This document shows, one piece after another, positions 1 through 11,030 of a DNA stretch of 46,024 nt (positions within the stretch are counted from its first letter, which is position 1; every line of letters starts with the position of its first letter). Under the pieces are notes generated by a model that saw nothing but the letters and a program-made list of their open reading frames with translations, was not told the DNA's origin and searched no databases. Location: the IMG/VR virus record IMGVR_UViG_2718218133_000007. The stretch is one strand, 5' to 3'. The position numbers and the translations under genes are program-made. The DNA comes from a virus. Its lineage: Duplodnaviria; Heunggongvirae; Uroviricota; Caudoviricetes.

Positions 1-750
1 TCAGTCAATTGTTTTGTTTATTCCATCTGTGACGCCGATTATTTTCTCAAAATAATGAGATGGCGTGACACCATAATAATCTTTAAATGCACATATGAAA
101 TATGAAGTACTGTTATAGCCACATTTCTGGGCTACGACATTGATAGAATAAGAGTTTGAAGTTATGAGTTTTTTTGCATACCTCATCCTAGTATCTCTCA
201 ATATTTCAGTAAATGACGTTCCTTCATCCCTTAATCTTTTTTTTATTAAACTTTCACTCGTATAAATCAATTCCGCAATATCTTTTAAATGCCATTGCCG
301 CTCAATATTAAAACTGATTATTCCAGTAATTTTACAGGTAAATGTATTTATATTTGTTAGTATAAATGAATTTACACTTTCGCGTTTTTTGAACATGGCA
401 AGTAAGGATATACATAGTCTTTCTTTTAACCAAAGGGAGTGTGAGTCTGCTATTTTAATCCCTTCAAACAGAGAAAAAACAAGCGATAATGGAGGTTCCT
501 CTTCAGCAATATAGCCATTCTTATCAAGAGTAAATTTGCCAGGCAGCTCATTATTCACGTCGATAAAAAAGGATAAACATGTTTTCTTATCTATATCAAC
601 AATTCTTAGTTTAGAGGGGCATACTGGTAACTCCCTTCTAATTTTGTCGCTTACAATAAACAATGAATTTTTTTTGAACGAGATAACTCTCCTGTTTATA
701 ATTAAATCAAATGATTGACAGATGAAAACTACGGAGCAAACATAATCCAT
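1..750 (-). CDS. appY: AraC-family transcriptional regulator, AppY-like (complete)
   Basis: 249-aa ORF with C-terminal AraC-type HTH (…[24 protein letters not shown]); matches my recollection of E. coli AppY (249 aa, DLP12 right end); long AT-rich region upstream. Confidence 0.75.
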
Positions 751-1425
751 CTTGCACCTATCATAAAATTAAAACAAGTTGATAGCAGTCAAATAACAAC
801 CAATTAAATACACAATCATAATCAGGATGATGTGCATTTATATTTTTATACACAAAATTATAGTTTGCAAATTTTAATAAATTTCATTTAAGATTAAATT
901 ATTATATGTATATTGTTTTTTATTCTAACGTATTTCAAAGTTACATTTTTCAACGCTTACTATACTTTTTATTAACATAAACTCACTACAACGCACCTGA
1001 AACCTCTTGCTATATATATGTCAACCGTTTGAATTTAAAATAAAAAGAGTATCATTTTTACTTGCATTTCTTATCAAGTCACATTCAACAACAGTAAAAA
1101 AACATTATTAGAACCATTCAATTAACAAAAAACCAACATCCAGCTTGCTTAATTTTTCTTTATTAAACGACATTGAAAATCAATTGATAAAATACATCTA
1201 AACAACCTTTTGGGGCGCAAAAGCATAACATCAAACAAACAAATAACACACCGAAAAAACTCACAATTAATAACCTATGATATACATACTGTTTATTATG
1301 GTTGAATAAGCCACTCGATATCTGGTGCTACGGAAGTGTCCACACGGTTTAGCAGCACCCGATACTTTTTCCAGGCTTCCAGCAACGAGTTTTCTTCCTC
1401 CGTTGCATATACAGCTCACCTTTTT
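751..1425. promoter_or_regulatory. AT-rich, ORF-poor upstream region of the appY-like gene (likely promoter/leader)
   Basis: ~675 bp of very AT-rich sequence with no credible ORF, directly upstream of the appY start at 750. Confidence 0.4.
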
Positions 1426-1719
1426 TCACCCACGATTAACCAACAGCCAGACCAGCAGACACGCCACCACCGGCACAGCAAAATCCATCAGGCTTGCCAC
1501 ATCCCACGCGCGCGGATCAAAACCGCCCCACCACGGCATATTCATTCGCTTGCCATGCCCGAACATTTCGATCCAGCGATATTCTGCCTAGGTGTGTTCA
1601 CGCGCAATGAAGAACGTACAACCGGCTATCGCCCCGTAAGCCCAGTTCCCGGTAAAAAGACCAATCAGTAGCTGCGCAGCCACAGCACAAAGCGCATGAA
1701 GGAAAGGTGTTATATCCAT
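1426..1719 (-). pseudogene. small hydrophobic protein ORF interrupted by an in-frame TAG (about 43 codons, TAG, about 53 codons)
   Basis: Hand translation of the minus strand from ATG ~1719: MDITPFLHALCAVAAQLLIGLFTGNWAYGAIAGCTFFIAREHT-TAG-AEYRWIEMFGHGKRMNMPWWGGFDPRAWDVASLMDFAVPVVACLLVWLLVNRG; neither half reaches the 60-aa ORF-track cutoff. Confidence 0.3.
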
Positions 1720-1732
1720 TTTCATCCTACCC

Positions 1733-1755
1733 AATAAAACGGGGCGCTCGGCCCC
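1733..1755 (-). terminator. putative intrinsic terminator downstream of the distal tail-fibre gene
   Basis: GC stem ggggc/gcccc (~1741-1755) followed on the minus strand by a T-rich tract (gttttatt). Confidence 0.4.
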
Positions 1756-1761
1756 TTAATA

Positions 1762-2802
1762 TTATTTAGACGCAAGCGCCGCCTCAATTGCAGATAATCT
1801 TTGTCTTAATTCTGCGTTTTCTTCTTCCAGTGCTGTTATCCTGTCGTCTGACTCTCTGGCTACCTGAACAAGCAAACCCGTTACGCCTGAGTAATCAACG
1901 GTATAGTATCTTTCTCCCTCTTCTCCATCAGACCCATTGTCCCCGCTCTTGTACTTTATTGTGCTACCAACTGATTCAGGGATTGCATTAAGTGCCTCTT
2001 GCGCAATAACGCCAGCATAAGGCATACCATTAGACTTGAGACGGTAAGTATACCCATTCATTAATCTGATGCGCTCAGTGGCATTATCAATAACCTGAAT
2101 GTTTTCTTTAAGATCTCTGTCCGACACCTGGTCGAATGATGTAGCCTTGCATGACCCGTTTATCTCAAGCTGATAGGTTTTATCTGGGTTCCTTTGTGCA
2201 TAAAACAAAAAAAGCCCGCCATCATCCCTAATTTCATAAACAACTGGACGACTGGAATTTCCCCATAATAACGTCGACACACCAGAATACGCCGTACCTT
2301 GCGTGTTTAGTGTCATGGTCGACCCGTGATTAGCATATTTGATCTGCAATGAGTCTGTATTATCAAACTTAATAAGCGCGTTACTTCCCCGCACACCATA
2401 CGACATGAGACAGTTCCCCATCTTAAGGTAACCATCACTGCCTGGAAAAATTAAAGTTCCTCCGTAAAGATCACTAAAGTCCCAAAAGATACCTTTTGTC
2501 CCGTTATGTGTGACGATCCTCGTCATTGTATCTTTAGTACCATCAATATTTTTTCTGGTATATATGTCACTATAAGCGTTTTCCGTTTCACCAGTCTTAT
2601 TTGACAAATGCAGCTTACCGCTGAATATAGTTCCAGTTGTTGGCAATGTTTTTTGATCATAGATTACATTGCAATAACCATTCCATGTTGTTTTATTGTC
2701 TACATAAGATTTTGTTGCGTAGTTTCCTTGATCGGTTTTTAATTTACTAACATCCGATTTTAGCGTTTTGATGTCATCAGGAATTACTGTTTTTGTAACC
2801 AT
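1762..2802 (-). CDS. tail fibre / receptor-binding protein with C-terminal intramolecular chaperone (peptidase S74-like) domain
   Basis: 346-aa ORF; C-terminal region (…SDRDLKENIQVIDNATERIRLMNGYTYRL…, coiled-coil tail ALEEENAELRQRL) resembles the auto-cleaving chaperone domain of phage fibres/tailspikes; last gene of the tail operon; AT-rich relative to lambda-like core. Confidence 0.55.
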   Translation of the reverse strand: MVTKTVIPDDIKTLKSDVSKLKTDQGNYATKSYVDNKTTWNGYCNVIYDQKTLPTTGTIFSGKLHLSNKTGETENAYSDIYTRKNIDGTKDTMTRIVTHNGTKGIFWDFSDLYGGTLIFPGSDGYLKMGNCLMSYGVRGSNALIKFDNTDSLQIKYANHGSTMTLNTQGTAYSGVSTLLWGNSSRPVVYEIRDDGGLFLFYAQRNPDKTYQLEINGSCKATSFDQVSDRDLKENIQVIDNATERIRLMNGYTYRLKSNGMPYAGVIAQEALNAIPESVGSTIKYKSGDNGSDGEEGERYYTVDYSGVTGLLVQVARESDDRITALEEENAELRQRLSAIEAALASK

Positions 2803-2814
2803 TGTCTTACTCCA

Positions 2815-3084
2815 TTAAGCCCATGTCCTTACATGCTGATCTGTCGTAATGAAAGGCATTAAAGAAGATATGTTTTTACTGCTATCAACAATCCTCATGT
2901 TTACGAAAAAACCACCGCGATCAATGCCCGTACATCTTTCGTTTTCTGGCTCCTCGTAATCAATAATGCAGCCAATAACATCAACAAGAACCCCATTTTC
3001 TTCTTCAAGACTGAACAGGCCACTGTCATATACAATTGCGTTAAACTGTTCTCTGTTATCGAATCGTAATGTTATATCCCGCAT
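2815..3084 (-). CDS. hypothetical small protein between the two fibre genes (89 aa)
   Basis: ORF start overlaps the stf stop (coupling-type arrangement); no family recognised. Confidence 0.35.
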   Translation of the reverse strand: MRDITLRFDNREQFNAIVYDSGLFSLEEENGVLVDVIGCIIDYEEPENERCTGIDRGGFFVNMRIVDSSKNISSLMPFITTDQHVRTWA

Positions 3085-5447
3085 TATACGTATTCCTTAA
3101 GCTGCGTATCTGACAATGCTCTGTTCCAGAAACGGAGGTTTTTTATATGACCATTAAGGTGTCGTAATCCTGTCGTCGTTTGCCCCCCGATTCGAATCAC
3201 GGCTGCTTCACGAATATATTTCCATACTGTTTTGGTTTCAGTGCTTATATGCTTATTTGCAAATGAGCATGTCATGCCGTCAGCCTTAACCCTGAATCCC
3301 ATAACGAGATCTCTTACTCCGCATGACTCATATACACGCCGGTTAGCCCCGCCTATATCGCAATACGAATAACCATCCTGACTGATAGTTCCAGAAGAAC
3401 CAAACCCCATAATAAATGGGCCTCCGGACTGGTGATTTTCTGAATCAATGACACGCGGTGCAGCATTATGAGAAATAAACCAGTTTTTATGGACTTCCAC
3501 CATGAACGTAAAAGGCATGGTATACATATTTTTCATCAGCGGAAATTTACATAAATCTGATGCACGAGTCGCTGGCTCTGTTGTCGTTATGATAAAGGAA
3601 GTTGCACAAGCACCATACTCGAATTGCGGGGTGGTTACTTCTATCCAGTCACCTGTTGCAAAAGCCCCCACTGCTCTGTCGGCTGCAATTTGCAGCTGCG
3701 TACCAACCATTCCCCATTCTGGCAGACATTTCAGTGTTGCCTGAAAATATATCCATCCACTACCAGGGTCGATTTCAAAGTTTGCTGTTAATAGCTGGGC
3801 ATTACCACCCGTAATTTGTAGTTCATGAGTCTGTAATGACAAATAGGCGTCACAAAGGAAAGTGTATCCTTCCGAGTTATACCGTTCAAAACGGATACGT
3901 GCGCGAACATTGAGATCACTTCTTACCCTGAACGACGCGGTAACATACGGACCTTTACTGTACTGATCATCGCCAGTCACATCTATGCCTTTATTACCAG
4001 CAACTGTGCATATATTTCTCCCTGTTGTCGTTCCTGCTATGTCGCTTCCTACTGTGAAACGTCCATATTTAAACTCAAATTCATCTGTTGATGATGTTAC
4101 AGATATACCACCGCTTTTATTCCACGCATCAGGATTAAAACTATTTACGAACATGTTTGTTCGCTGATTCTCTATCAGCAAACCATATTTTTCAAAACGA
4201 GGAACGTTATTCCCTGCCACGGTAATATGCCCGGACTTATCAATATACGTTGCTGATGAAGCGCGGCTAAATTGGCATATGCCATTAACAGGCATTGTTA
4301 TTTCATCACTGCCGATGGTTATTGTTTTATAGCCCGGGGCATACCCTGTTATCGCTTCCAGAGAATCATTCAAGGGTAGCCAGATATCAGGAAGCGGAGG
4401 GACTGAAGCAGGATCAGCGGCATCTTCTGCAATCCGGGCTGCATTCTCTGCTCTTGTTGCGGCTGACGTTGCTTCTATCTCGCTGGCTGCTGCTTTTGTT
4501 TCACTCGTCTTTGCGTTAGTTTCACTGGTTTTTGCAGCTTTTTGGCTATTAGCTGCCGCACTTGCAGAACCAGCTGCGGCACTCTCGCTTTGGGCCGCTG
4601 CATCCTGACTGTTTTTTGCCGCAGTTTCGCTGGCTTTGGCATTCGTTTCGCTGGTCTTCGCTGCCGTCTGGCTGGACTTTGCGTTAGTTTCACTCGTCTT
4701 CGCAGCTTTCTGGCTGTTAGCCGCAGCAGTTGCTGATCCAGCTGCTGAAGTCGCAGAACCGGCTGCTGCGCTCTCGCTTTCAGCTGCTGCAGCCTGGCTA
4801 TTTTTCGCCGCAGTTTCACTGGCTTTGGCATTCGTTTCGCTGGTTTTCGCTGCCGTCTGGCTGGACTTTGCGTTGGTTTCGCTCGTCTTTGCGGCTGTCT
4901 CGCTGTTTTTCGCGTTGGTTTCTGATTTTTTGGCTGCTGTCGCGGAGTTTGCCGATGCAGTCTGCGAGGACGCTGCCGCCTGTGCGCTGTTAGCTGCATT
5001 CGTTTCTGAGGTTTTCGCCGCGTTCTTCGATGATGCCGCTGCAGTTTCGGATTTCTTTGCCACCGCTGCGCTCTGAGAGGCGGCTTCGGCGTTGCGTGCC
5101 GCTTCTTCCACCATTGCCTCAAAACGACGCAATGCCTCCGGCATGACATCATCTTCCGTCATGGCACCGAGAAAATCATTCAGCGTACCTGGTCTGGAAC
5201 CTTCATAGACGGTAATGGTTCCGGCATGTGAAGGCGGAAAACCTTCAACCAGCAGGGTGACGCTGTACTGGCCATACTCAACATCCATGCTGTAACGCCC
5301 GGCTTCATCCGGATTTTCAGAGGCCACCGTGTTCACCAGTACCGTGGTGCTGTTACGCTTTGCCTTCAGTTGAATAGTGCAGTTCTGTATTGGTTTTCCC
5401 GCACCATCTTTCAGCACACCTGAGATTTTTACTGCTGCCATATCCAC
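3084..5447 (-). CDS. stf: side tail fibre protein Stf (lambda Stf-like N-terminus, Ala/Ser/Thr/Lys-rich repeat region, LamG/concanavalin-like C-terminus)
   Basis: 787-aa ORF; N-terminus MAAVKISGVLKDGAGKPIQNCTIQLKA… matches recalled lambda Stf; internal AAKTSETNAKSSQTAAK-type repeats; C-terminal …GHIKNLRFWNRALSDTQLKEYV typical of LamG-like domains; follows lom. Confidence 0.85.
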   Translation of the reverse strand: MDMAAVKISGVLKDGAGKPIQNCTIQLKAKRNSTTVLVNTVASENPDEAGRYSMDVEYGQYSVTLLVEGFPPSHAGTITVYEGSRPGTLNDFLGAMTEDDVMPEALRRFEAMVEEAARNAEAASQSAAVAKKSETAAASSKNAAKTSETNAANSAQAAASSQTASANSATAAKKSETNAKNSETAAKTSETNAKSSQTAAKTSETNAKASETAAKNSQAAAAESESAAAGSATSAAGSATAAANSQKAAKTSETNAKSSQTAAKTSETNAKASETAAKNSQDAAAQSESAAAGSASAAANSQKAAKTSETNAKTSETKAAASEIEATSAATRAENAARIAEDAADPASVPPLPDIWLPLNDSLEAITGYAPGYKTITIGSDEITMPVNGICQFSRASSATYIDKSGHITVAGNNVPRFEKYGLLIENQRTNMFVNSFNPDAWNKSGGISVTSSTDEFEFKYGRFTVGSDIAGTTTGRNICTVAGNKGIDVTGDDQYSKGPYVTASFRVRSDLNVRARIRFERYNSEGYTFLCDAYLSLQTHELQITGGNAQLLTANFEIDPGSGWIYFQATLKCLPEWGMVGTQLQIAADRAVGAFATGDWIEVTTPQFEYGACATSFIITTTEPATRASDLCKFPLMKNMYTMPFTFMVEVHKNWFISHNAAPRVIDSENHQSGGPFIMGFGSSGTISQDGYSYCDIGGANRRVYESCGVRDLVMGFRVKADGMTCSFANKHISTETKTVWKYIREAAVIRIGGQTTTGLRHLNGHIKNLRFWNRALSDTQLKEYV
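4440..5080. repeat. degenerate tandem DNA repeats (period about 189 bp, 63 codons) inside stf
   Basis: Near-identical blocks beginning ~4621 and ~4810 (…cagtttcgctggctttggcattcgtttcgctgg…), with further degenerate copies ~4440-4560; creates spurious alternative-frame ORFs. Confidence 0.6.
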
Positions 5448-5505
5448 TCCACAAAAAAGCCCGCCTGAACCGGCGGGCTGTCATAACACTGTGTTACCTG
5501 GCTAA

Positions 5506-6105
5506 TCAGAATTTATAACCGACACCCACGATGAAACCGTCAGTGCGCCAGTCGCCACTGCCGGAGCCTTCATAAGCAATATCAATGGCCACGGATTCGG
5601 TCGGGTTAAACTGCACGCCAGCTCCCCACGCCAGAGACGTGTTGCTGTGGCGATCGTCATCACTTCCGGTCAGCACATCGTGCGTTTTCCCCTTGTTGTC
5701 AGTTACGCGGAGATAATCCCCGGAGAACGTCGAAACACGGCTGTAAGCCACACCTGCCATCGCATAAGCACTGAACCATTCATTCACGCGTACAGATGGC
5801 CCCGCCATCATGCTGAACCAGCGGTTACGCACTGAATCTTCATGCCAGCGGGTATCGCTGTAATGCGTTTTTTGCTCATCTTTGGCATTGGCATAACTGA
5901 ATGACGTCACCAGCCCCAGCGTGTCCGTAAATTCATAACGGTATTTCACGTTAATGCCCTTCAGGTCATCACTGCCTGGCATATCAGTATAGGTCTGAAG
6001 ATACCCGGCGCTTAGTGTGGACTGATGCTCTGCTGCGCTCGCTGGCGTACCAGCGGCAACCAGCCAGACTACTGCGGACAGAATAACAGCACATAATTTA
6101 CGCAT
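5506..6105 (-). CDS. lom: Lom-like outer-membrane protein (Ail/Lom family)
   Basis: 199-aa ORF with signal peptide and C-terminal …GFIVGVGYKF beta-barrel ending; position between J and stf as in lambda. Confidence 0.85.
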   Translation of the reverse strand: MRKLCAVILSAVVWLVAAGTPASAAEHQSTLSAGYLQTYTDMPGSDDLKGINVKYRYEFTDTLGLVTSFSYANAKDEQKTHYSDTRWHEDSVRNRWFSMMAGPSVRVNEWFSAYAMAGVAYSRVSTFSGDYLRVTDNKGKTHDVLTGSDDDRHSNTSLAWGAGVQFNPTESVAIDIAYEGSGSGDWRTDGFIVGVGYKF

Positions 6106-6172
6106 AATTACCTCTCGCTTTTCTGCAATAAAAAAGGCGTCATTTCTGACGCCCGTATTGGGGTTATAAAAT

Positions 6173-9100
6173 TCAGCTGATACTGATGCCTGCGGTGGCT
6201 TTCTTCATCACCACAACCAGCAAATCGCTGATACTTGCTGTGGGATACCAGCCATTTACCAGCCATGCCGATACAGAAAATTCCAGTGTCATGACACCAC
6301 TGCCTGCAGGCATATCAATAACACCCGTATATATCAGCGTATTATCCAGAGCCGTTCGGTTATAAATTTCAGCACCGTTTTTTCGTACTATCAGACGGCA
6401 TGAGGAGTAGATATCAGTATGATCTTGCTCATGTTTAGCGCCACTGAATGCCACCGCCGGGATAACAATTTGCCGGTCAAACGGCTGATCGTCATAAACC
6501 CTGACGGTAATGGTTCCTGATGGCCACCGCTCCGGTGCACGGGAGTCCCGGGGGAAAGCTTTGCCCACCGTTTTAACGAGATCGCCTTCAATCTGGTTCG
6601 CGGACAGTTTTCCCAGAACCCGGCAGTTCTCGTTAATCGTGACGTTGTTGAGCGTCCCGGAGTTCGCATTCACGTTACCGCTGATATCGGCATTTTTCGC
6701 CGTCAGCCGCCCGTCCGGTGTCAGGGAAAATGCCGGAGGATTACCGCCGCTGGTAATGGTGGGAGCCGTCAGATATTTCAGGAACACTTCGTTCATGAAT
6801 ATCTGATCGCCCTGACCAACAAACATCGGCTTTGTGTTGCCATTCGCAGGATTAACCATCGCAATCCTGTCCGCCGCCAGCAGCACCTGACTCTGCATGC
6901 CGTCAGGGGTGTTCTCAATACCGGCACCAATACCCGCGATATAAAGGCGTCCGTCCTGCATCTGCTGCAGCTTCACAGCCCACATGCTGTTCAGGTTATT
7001 ATTTGTATCAACCTGAACCTTCTGTATCTGCTGGATCGCCGCACTCTGGTCTTCCAGTTTCTTATTGACAGTCTGCGTGATTTCATTGCTGACATCCGTA
7101 ATGGACGTCCTGATTTCAGCCAGGTCAGGCGCAAGCTGACCGTTATCAATCTGCGTCCACAGCTCCTGAGCCAGATGTGTTTTCCCTATCTCTCCTTTGA
7201 AAAAATCCAGGTAACCTTCCGCATCATCGCTCGCCCGACCGATAGCCTCCACGAATGCCGATTTGCCAACAGTATTCACACTGCGGATATAAAAGTAATA
7301 ATCATGGCCCGGTTTGATATTGATACTGGCGGCTATCCAGTACAGTGCCGTACCAAGATAACGCGCGCTGGTTTCAACCTGCCTGATATCCGCAATCCGT
7401 TTTTCCGAGAACCAGAACTCAAACTGTACCGTCGGGTCATAAACCGCAAGATGCGGCGTGGCGGTTATCTGAAAATAGCCCGGTGTCAGCTCAATCCGAG
7501 ACGGCGCTGCCGGTGCGGCAATCCGGAACGATACCGATGCCGGATCGCCCTGCTGTCCCCACGCATTTACCGCCCGGACTGTCAGCCTGTAGTTCCCCAA
7601 CGCCAGTTGTGTGAAGCGGTATGTGGTTTCCGTCGTCCGGGCCGTGCTGACCAGCCGCTCACTGCCGTCGTCCGCTGTTACGGTCAGACGGAGCAGGAAG
7701 CTCACGCCCTTCACCACCTTCGGTGTGTCCCAGCGCGCCAGCACCTGATATTCCCCGCTGTCTGCGGTGACTTCGGCAGTCAGGTGCTGCACCGCTGGCG
7801 GCGTGACACCATTCACCGTGCCGCTCTGGTCGCCGTCAAAGTGCGCCCCGTTATCCACGATGGCCTCTTTTTCCGGCACATGCTGCACGGCGGTGATGGC
7901 ATACGTGCCGTCGTCGTTCTCACGGATACTCACACAGCGGAACAGGCGCTGGCGCAGCGTCGGCAGCTTCAGCCCCCACACACTGTATTCTGCAACGCCG
8001 TCAGGAACCCGGTTCACTTTCACCTTAAGTCCGTCGGTGACGGACTGAACCTCCACGCTGACCGGATTACCACTTCCGTCAACCAGGCTTATCAGCGTGG
8101 TACCGGAGGATGGCAGCGTGATTTCACGGTCGAGCGTCAGCGTCCGGGTCTGGCTGTTCACCGCCAGCACGCGACCACCGGTGCTGATACCGACATAGTC
8201 ATCATCGCAGATTTCAATGACATCGCCCGGTACATGGCGAAGCCCTTCAGCACCCACGCTGAAATCCACGGTCTGCGTCTCCAGCAGTTCCGTTTTAATC
8301 AGCCACAGCCCGGCGCGGTGTGCCTGCCCCCGGCTGGTACAGCCAAAGGCATCCATCTTCGTGACATTACGACCGTAACGGGCAATGGCCTGCGTATCTT
8401 CAACAAGCTCTGTCGCCGTCTCCCAGCCGTTGTCCGGGTCAATCCAGTTCACCTCAACGGCATTATGGCGGTCCTTCAGGGCGCTGAAGCTGTAGCGGAA
8501 CGGCGCGCCATCATCCGGCATCACCACATTACTGCGGTTATAGGTCCACACCTTATCCGACGGTCGGTCCTGCACGAACGTCAGCGTCTGCCCGTTCCAT
8601 ACCGGCATACAGCGCATCGCCGAGCAGAAATCACTGAGCACATCCCACGCCTTGCGCTGTGTGGTCAGGTACGCATTACAGGTGATGCGCGGCTCCGTGC
8701 CGCCAAAGCCGTCCGGCACTGACTGGTCGCAGTACTGGCCGATGACATACAGCGCCCATTTGTCCACATCCGCCGCACCAAGACGTTTCCCCATGCCGTA
8801 GCGTGGATGGGTCAGCATATCCCACAGACACCAGGCCATGTTATTGCTGTATGCTGGCTTAAACGTTCCGTCCCAGATACCGCTGTATTGCCGAGTCTGC
8901 GGGTTATAGTTCGACGGCACCTGCAGAATACGCCCGCGCAGATGATAATTACGGCTCACCTGCTGGCTGCCGAACTGCTCCGAATCCACCTGTACGCCGA
9001 CCAGTGCCGTGTTCGGGTAGCACTGTTTCACATCGATGATTTCGGTGTATGACGACCAGAGCGTTTTGTTCTGCAGCTGGTCTGTGGTGCTGTCCGGCGT

Positions 9101-9652
9101 CATCCTGCGCATCCGGATATTGAACGGGCGCGGCGGCAGGTTATCCACCACCACCGAGGCCAGATACTGCGAGGTGGTTTTGCCCTTAATGGTGATGTCT
9201 TTTTCCGTCACCCAGCCACCATTACGCTGTATCTGAACCAGCAGGCGGACTTCCGACGGATTCCGGTCCCCCTTTGAGGTGGTTTCCACCAGTGCCTGTA
9301 CACCGAAGGTAAAGCGCAGACGGTCGATGTTTGCCGACGTGATGGTCCGGGTGATCGGCGTGTCATATTTCACTTCCGTACCCAGCACCGTCTCGGAGCC
9401 GGAGGATTCAAATCCCTCCGGCGGTGACTGCTCCTGCTCACCGGTCCGGAACACCACCGTGACGCCGGAGATATTGGTATTCCCCTCACTGTCCAGCACC
9501 GGCGTACTGTTCAGCAGCACGCTTTTTAATCCGTCCACCGGACCTTCAACCGGCCCTTCGCTGATGGCATCGATCACACTCAGCAGCTGCGTGGACTTCA
9601 GGTTGTCCTTCGCTTCGCGCGGGGTATGCCCCTTACTGCTGCCTTTACCCAT
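6173..9652 (-). CDS. J: host specificity / central tail fibre protein J
   Basis: 1159-aa ORF; N-terminus and fibronectin-III region match recalled lambda J; extreme C-terminus diverges. Confidence 0.95.
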   Translation of the reverse strand: MGKGSSKGHTPREAKDNLKSTQLLSVIDAISEGPVEGPVDGLKSVLLNSTPVLDSEGNTNISGVTVVFRTGEQEQSPPEGFESSGSETVLGTEVKYDTPITRTITSANIDRLRFTFGVQALVETTSKGDRNPSEVRLLVQIQRNGGWVTEKDITIKGKTTSQYLASVVVDNLPPRPFNIRMRRMTPDSTTDQLQNKTLWSSYTEIIDVKQCYPNTALVGVQVDSEQFGSQQVSRNYHLRGRILQVPSNYNPQTRQYSGIWDGTFKPAYSNNMAWCLWDMLTHPRYGMGKRLGAADVDKWALYVIGQYCDQSVPDGFGGTEPRITCNAYLTTQRKAWDVLSDFCSAMRCMPVWNGQTLTFVQDRPSDKVWTYNRSNVVMPDDGAPFRYSFSALKDRHNAVEVNWIDPDNGWETATELVEDTQAIARYGRNVTKMDAFGCTSRGQAHRAGLWLIKTELLETQTVDFSVGAEGLRHVPGDVIEICDDDYVGISTGGRVLAVNSQTRTLTLDREITLPSSGTTLISLVDGSGNPVSVEVQSVTDGLKVKVNRVPDGVAEYSVWGLKLPTLRQRLFRCVSIRENDDGTYAITAVQHVPEKEAIVDNGAHFDGDQSGTVNGVTPPAVQHLTAEVTADSGEYQVLARWDTPKVVKGVSFLLRLTVTADDGSERLVSTARTTETTYRFTQLALGNYRLTVRAVNAWGQQGDPASVSFRIAAPAAPSRIELTPGYFQITATPHLAVYDPTVQFEFWFSEKRIADIRQVETSARYLGTALYWIAASINIKPGHDYYFYIRSVNTVGKSAFVEAIGRASDDAEGYLDFFKGEIGKTHLAQELWTQIDNGQLAPDLAEIRTSITDVSNEITQTVNKKLEDQSAAIQQIQKVQVDTNNNLNSMWAVKLQQMQDGRLYIAGIGAGIENTPDGMQSQVLLAADRIAMVNPANGNTKPMFVGQGDQIFMNEVFLKYLTAPTITSGGNPPAFSLTPDGRLTAKNADISGNVNANSGTLNNVTINENCRVLGKLSANQIEGDLVKTVGKAFPRDSRAPERWPSGTITVRVYDDQPFDRQIVIPAVAFSGAKHEQDHTDIYSSCRLIVRKNGAEIYNRTALDNTLIYTGVIDMPAGSGVMTLEFSVSAWLVNGWYPTASISDLLVVVMKKATAGISIS

Positions 9653-9712
9653 TCCTCACGCTCCATAAACGACAAAACCGCCCGCAGGCGGTTTCACATA
9701 AAACATTTTGCA

Positions 9713-10384
9713 TCAGCGACCAATCACCACAACCTGACCACCATCCCCTTCGTCTGCCGTGCTGATCTCCTGAGAAACCACGCGTGACCCCACGCGCATT
9801 TCACCGTACAGAACAGGCAGAACATTGCCCTGGGCAACCATGTTATCCAGTGAGGAGAAATAGGTGTTCTGTTTGCCGTTATCCGTTGTCTGTGTACGGG
9901 GAGTTCTGGCTTTCGGTGCCAGCATCTGCGCCACACCACCGAGCACCATACTGGCACCGAGAGAAAACAGGATGCCGGTCATACCACCGGCCCCAATGGC
10001 TGCCCCCCATGCTGCAAGGGTGGCTCCGGCAGTAAAGAATGATCCGGCAATGGCGGCTGCTCCCAGGACAATCTGGAATACGCCACCTGACTTGGCCCCG
10101 GCGACTCTGGGAACAATATGAATCACAGCGCCATCAGGCAGAGTCTCATGTAACTGCGCCGTTAACCCGGACGTGCTGACGTCCCGCCCGGCAATCCGTA
10201 CCTGATACCAGCCGTCGCTCAGTTTCTGACGAAACGCCGGGAGCTGTGTGGCCAGTGCGCGGATGGCTTCAGCCCCCGTTTTCACACGAAGGTCGATGCG
10301 GCGGCCAAATCGTTGCAAATCCCCGTAAAGGCAGATGCGCGCCATGCCCGGTGACGCCAGAGGGAGTGTGTGCGTCGCTGCCAT
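9713..10384 (-). CDS. I: tail tip assembly protein I
   Basis: 223-aa ORF matching recalled lambda I (MAATHTLPLASPGMARICLYGDLQRFGRR…); overlaps K by ~100 bp as in lambda. Confidence 0.9.
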   Translation of the reverse strand: MAATHTLPLASPGMARICLYGDLQRFGRRIDLRVKTGAEAIRALATQLPAFRQKLSDGWYQVRIAGRDVSTSGLTAQLHETLPDGAVIHIVPRVAGAKSGGVFQIVLGAAAIAGSFFTAGATLAAWGAAIGAGGMTGILFSLGASMVLGGVAQMLAPKARTPRTQTTDNGKQNTYFSSLDNMVAQGNVLPVLYGEMRVGSRVVSQEISTADEGDGGQVVVIGR

Positions 10385-11025
10385 TTGTCGGTGTACCTCT
10401 CTCGTTTGCTCAGTTGTTCAGGAATATGGTGCAGCAGCTCGCCGTCGCCGCAGTAAATTGCGGCGTGATTCGGCACCGATGAACCAAAACAGCACAGCAG
10501 CACATCGCCCGGCTGTGCCGCTGACAACGGCACCTGATACAGCCCCGTCGCCTCCAGATTATCCAGATAGAGATTCTGGCCGTTACGCCACCAGTCATCC
10601 TCACGATGAAAGTCCGGCATCTCAATCCCCGCCAGATGATAAGCATCCCGGAACAGTGTGTAACAGTCCGTCACACCGTGCTCAAAGCGCCGCCCGGTGA
10701 GATGCGGCACACAGCGGAACTTATGAATCGTCCCCCGGCAGACCAGCCACCACGGCAAATCACTCTGCACCTGCAGCCGCCGGTCGGCCTCACTCAGCCA
10801 GGGCAGACCACCGGGGTGGCTGTGGACCAGCGCCACAATCTCACCCTGCATTTCTGCCTGCAGCCAGTCTTCCGGCGACATACGGAAATACGCCTCCGGC
10901 TCACCGGAGATATTCACGCAGGGGAAATATCTTTCCCCCTCCGGCGTGCTTACCACGAAGCCGCACGACTCCGCTGGCGCACATCGCCGGGCGTGCGCCA
11001 GAATCGCTGATTCTGTCTGTGTCAT
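10282..11025 (-). CDS. K: tail tip assembly protein K (MPN/JAMM plus NlpC/P60-like)
   Basis: ORF with JAMM-type HSHPGG motif; begins 6 bp after L stop; exact start uncertain (longest ORF used). Confidence 0.85.
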   Translation of the reverse strand: MTQTESAILAHARRCAPAESCGFVVSTPEGERYFPCVNISGEPEAYFRMSPEDWLQAEMQGEIVALVHSHPGGLPWLSEADRRLQVQSDLPWWLVCRGTIHKFRCVPHLTGRRFEHGVTDCYTLFRDAYHLAGIEMPDFHREDDWWRNGQNLYLDNLEATGLYQVPLSAAQPGDVLLCCFGSSVPNHAAIYCGDGELLHHIPEQLSKRERYTDKWQRRTHSLWRHRAWRASAFTGICNDLAAASTFV

Positions 11026-11030
11026 GGGAT

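Noticed and set aside
4475-5152. 225-aa Arg/Gln/Pro-rich minus-strand ORF and several plus-strand ORFs inside the stf repeat region
   Set aside because: Alternative-frame readings of the tandem-repeat DNA within stf; highly repetitive, biased composition; the stf frame is supported by lambda Stf similarity.
7175-8722. 515-aa plus-strand ORF antisense to J
   Set aside because: Lies entirely within the well-supported J gene on the opposite strand; Arg/Cys/His-rich, low-complexity translation typical of a shadow ORF in GC-rich coding sequence.
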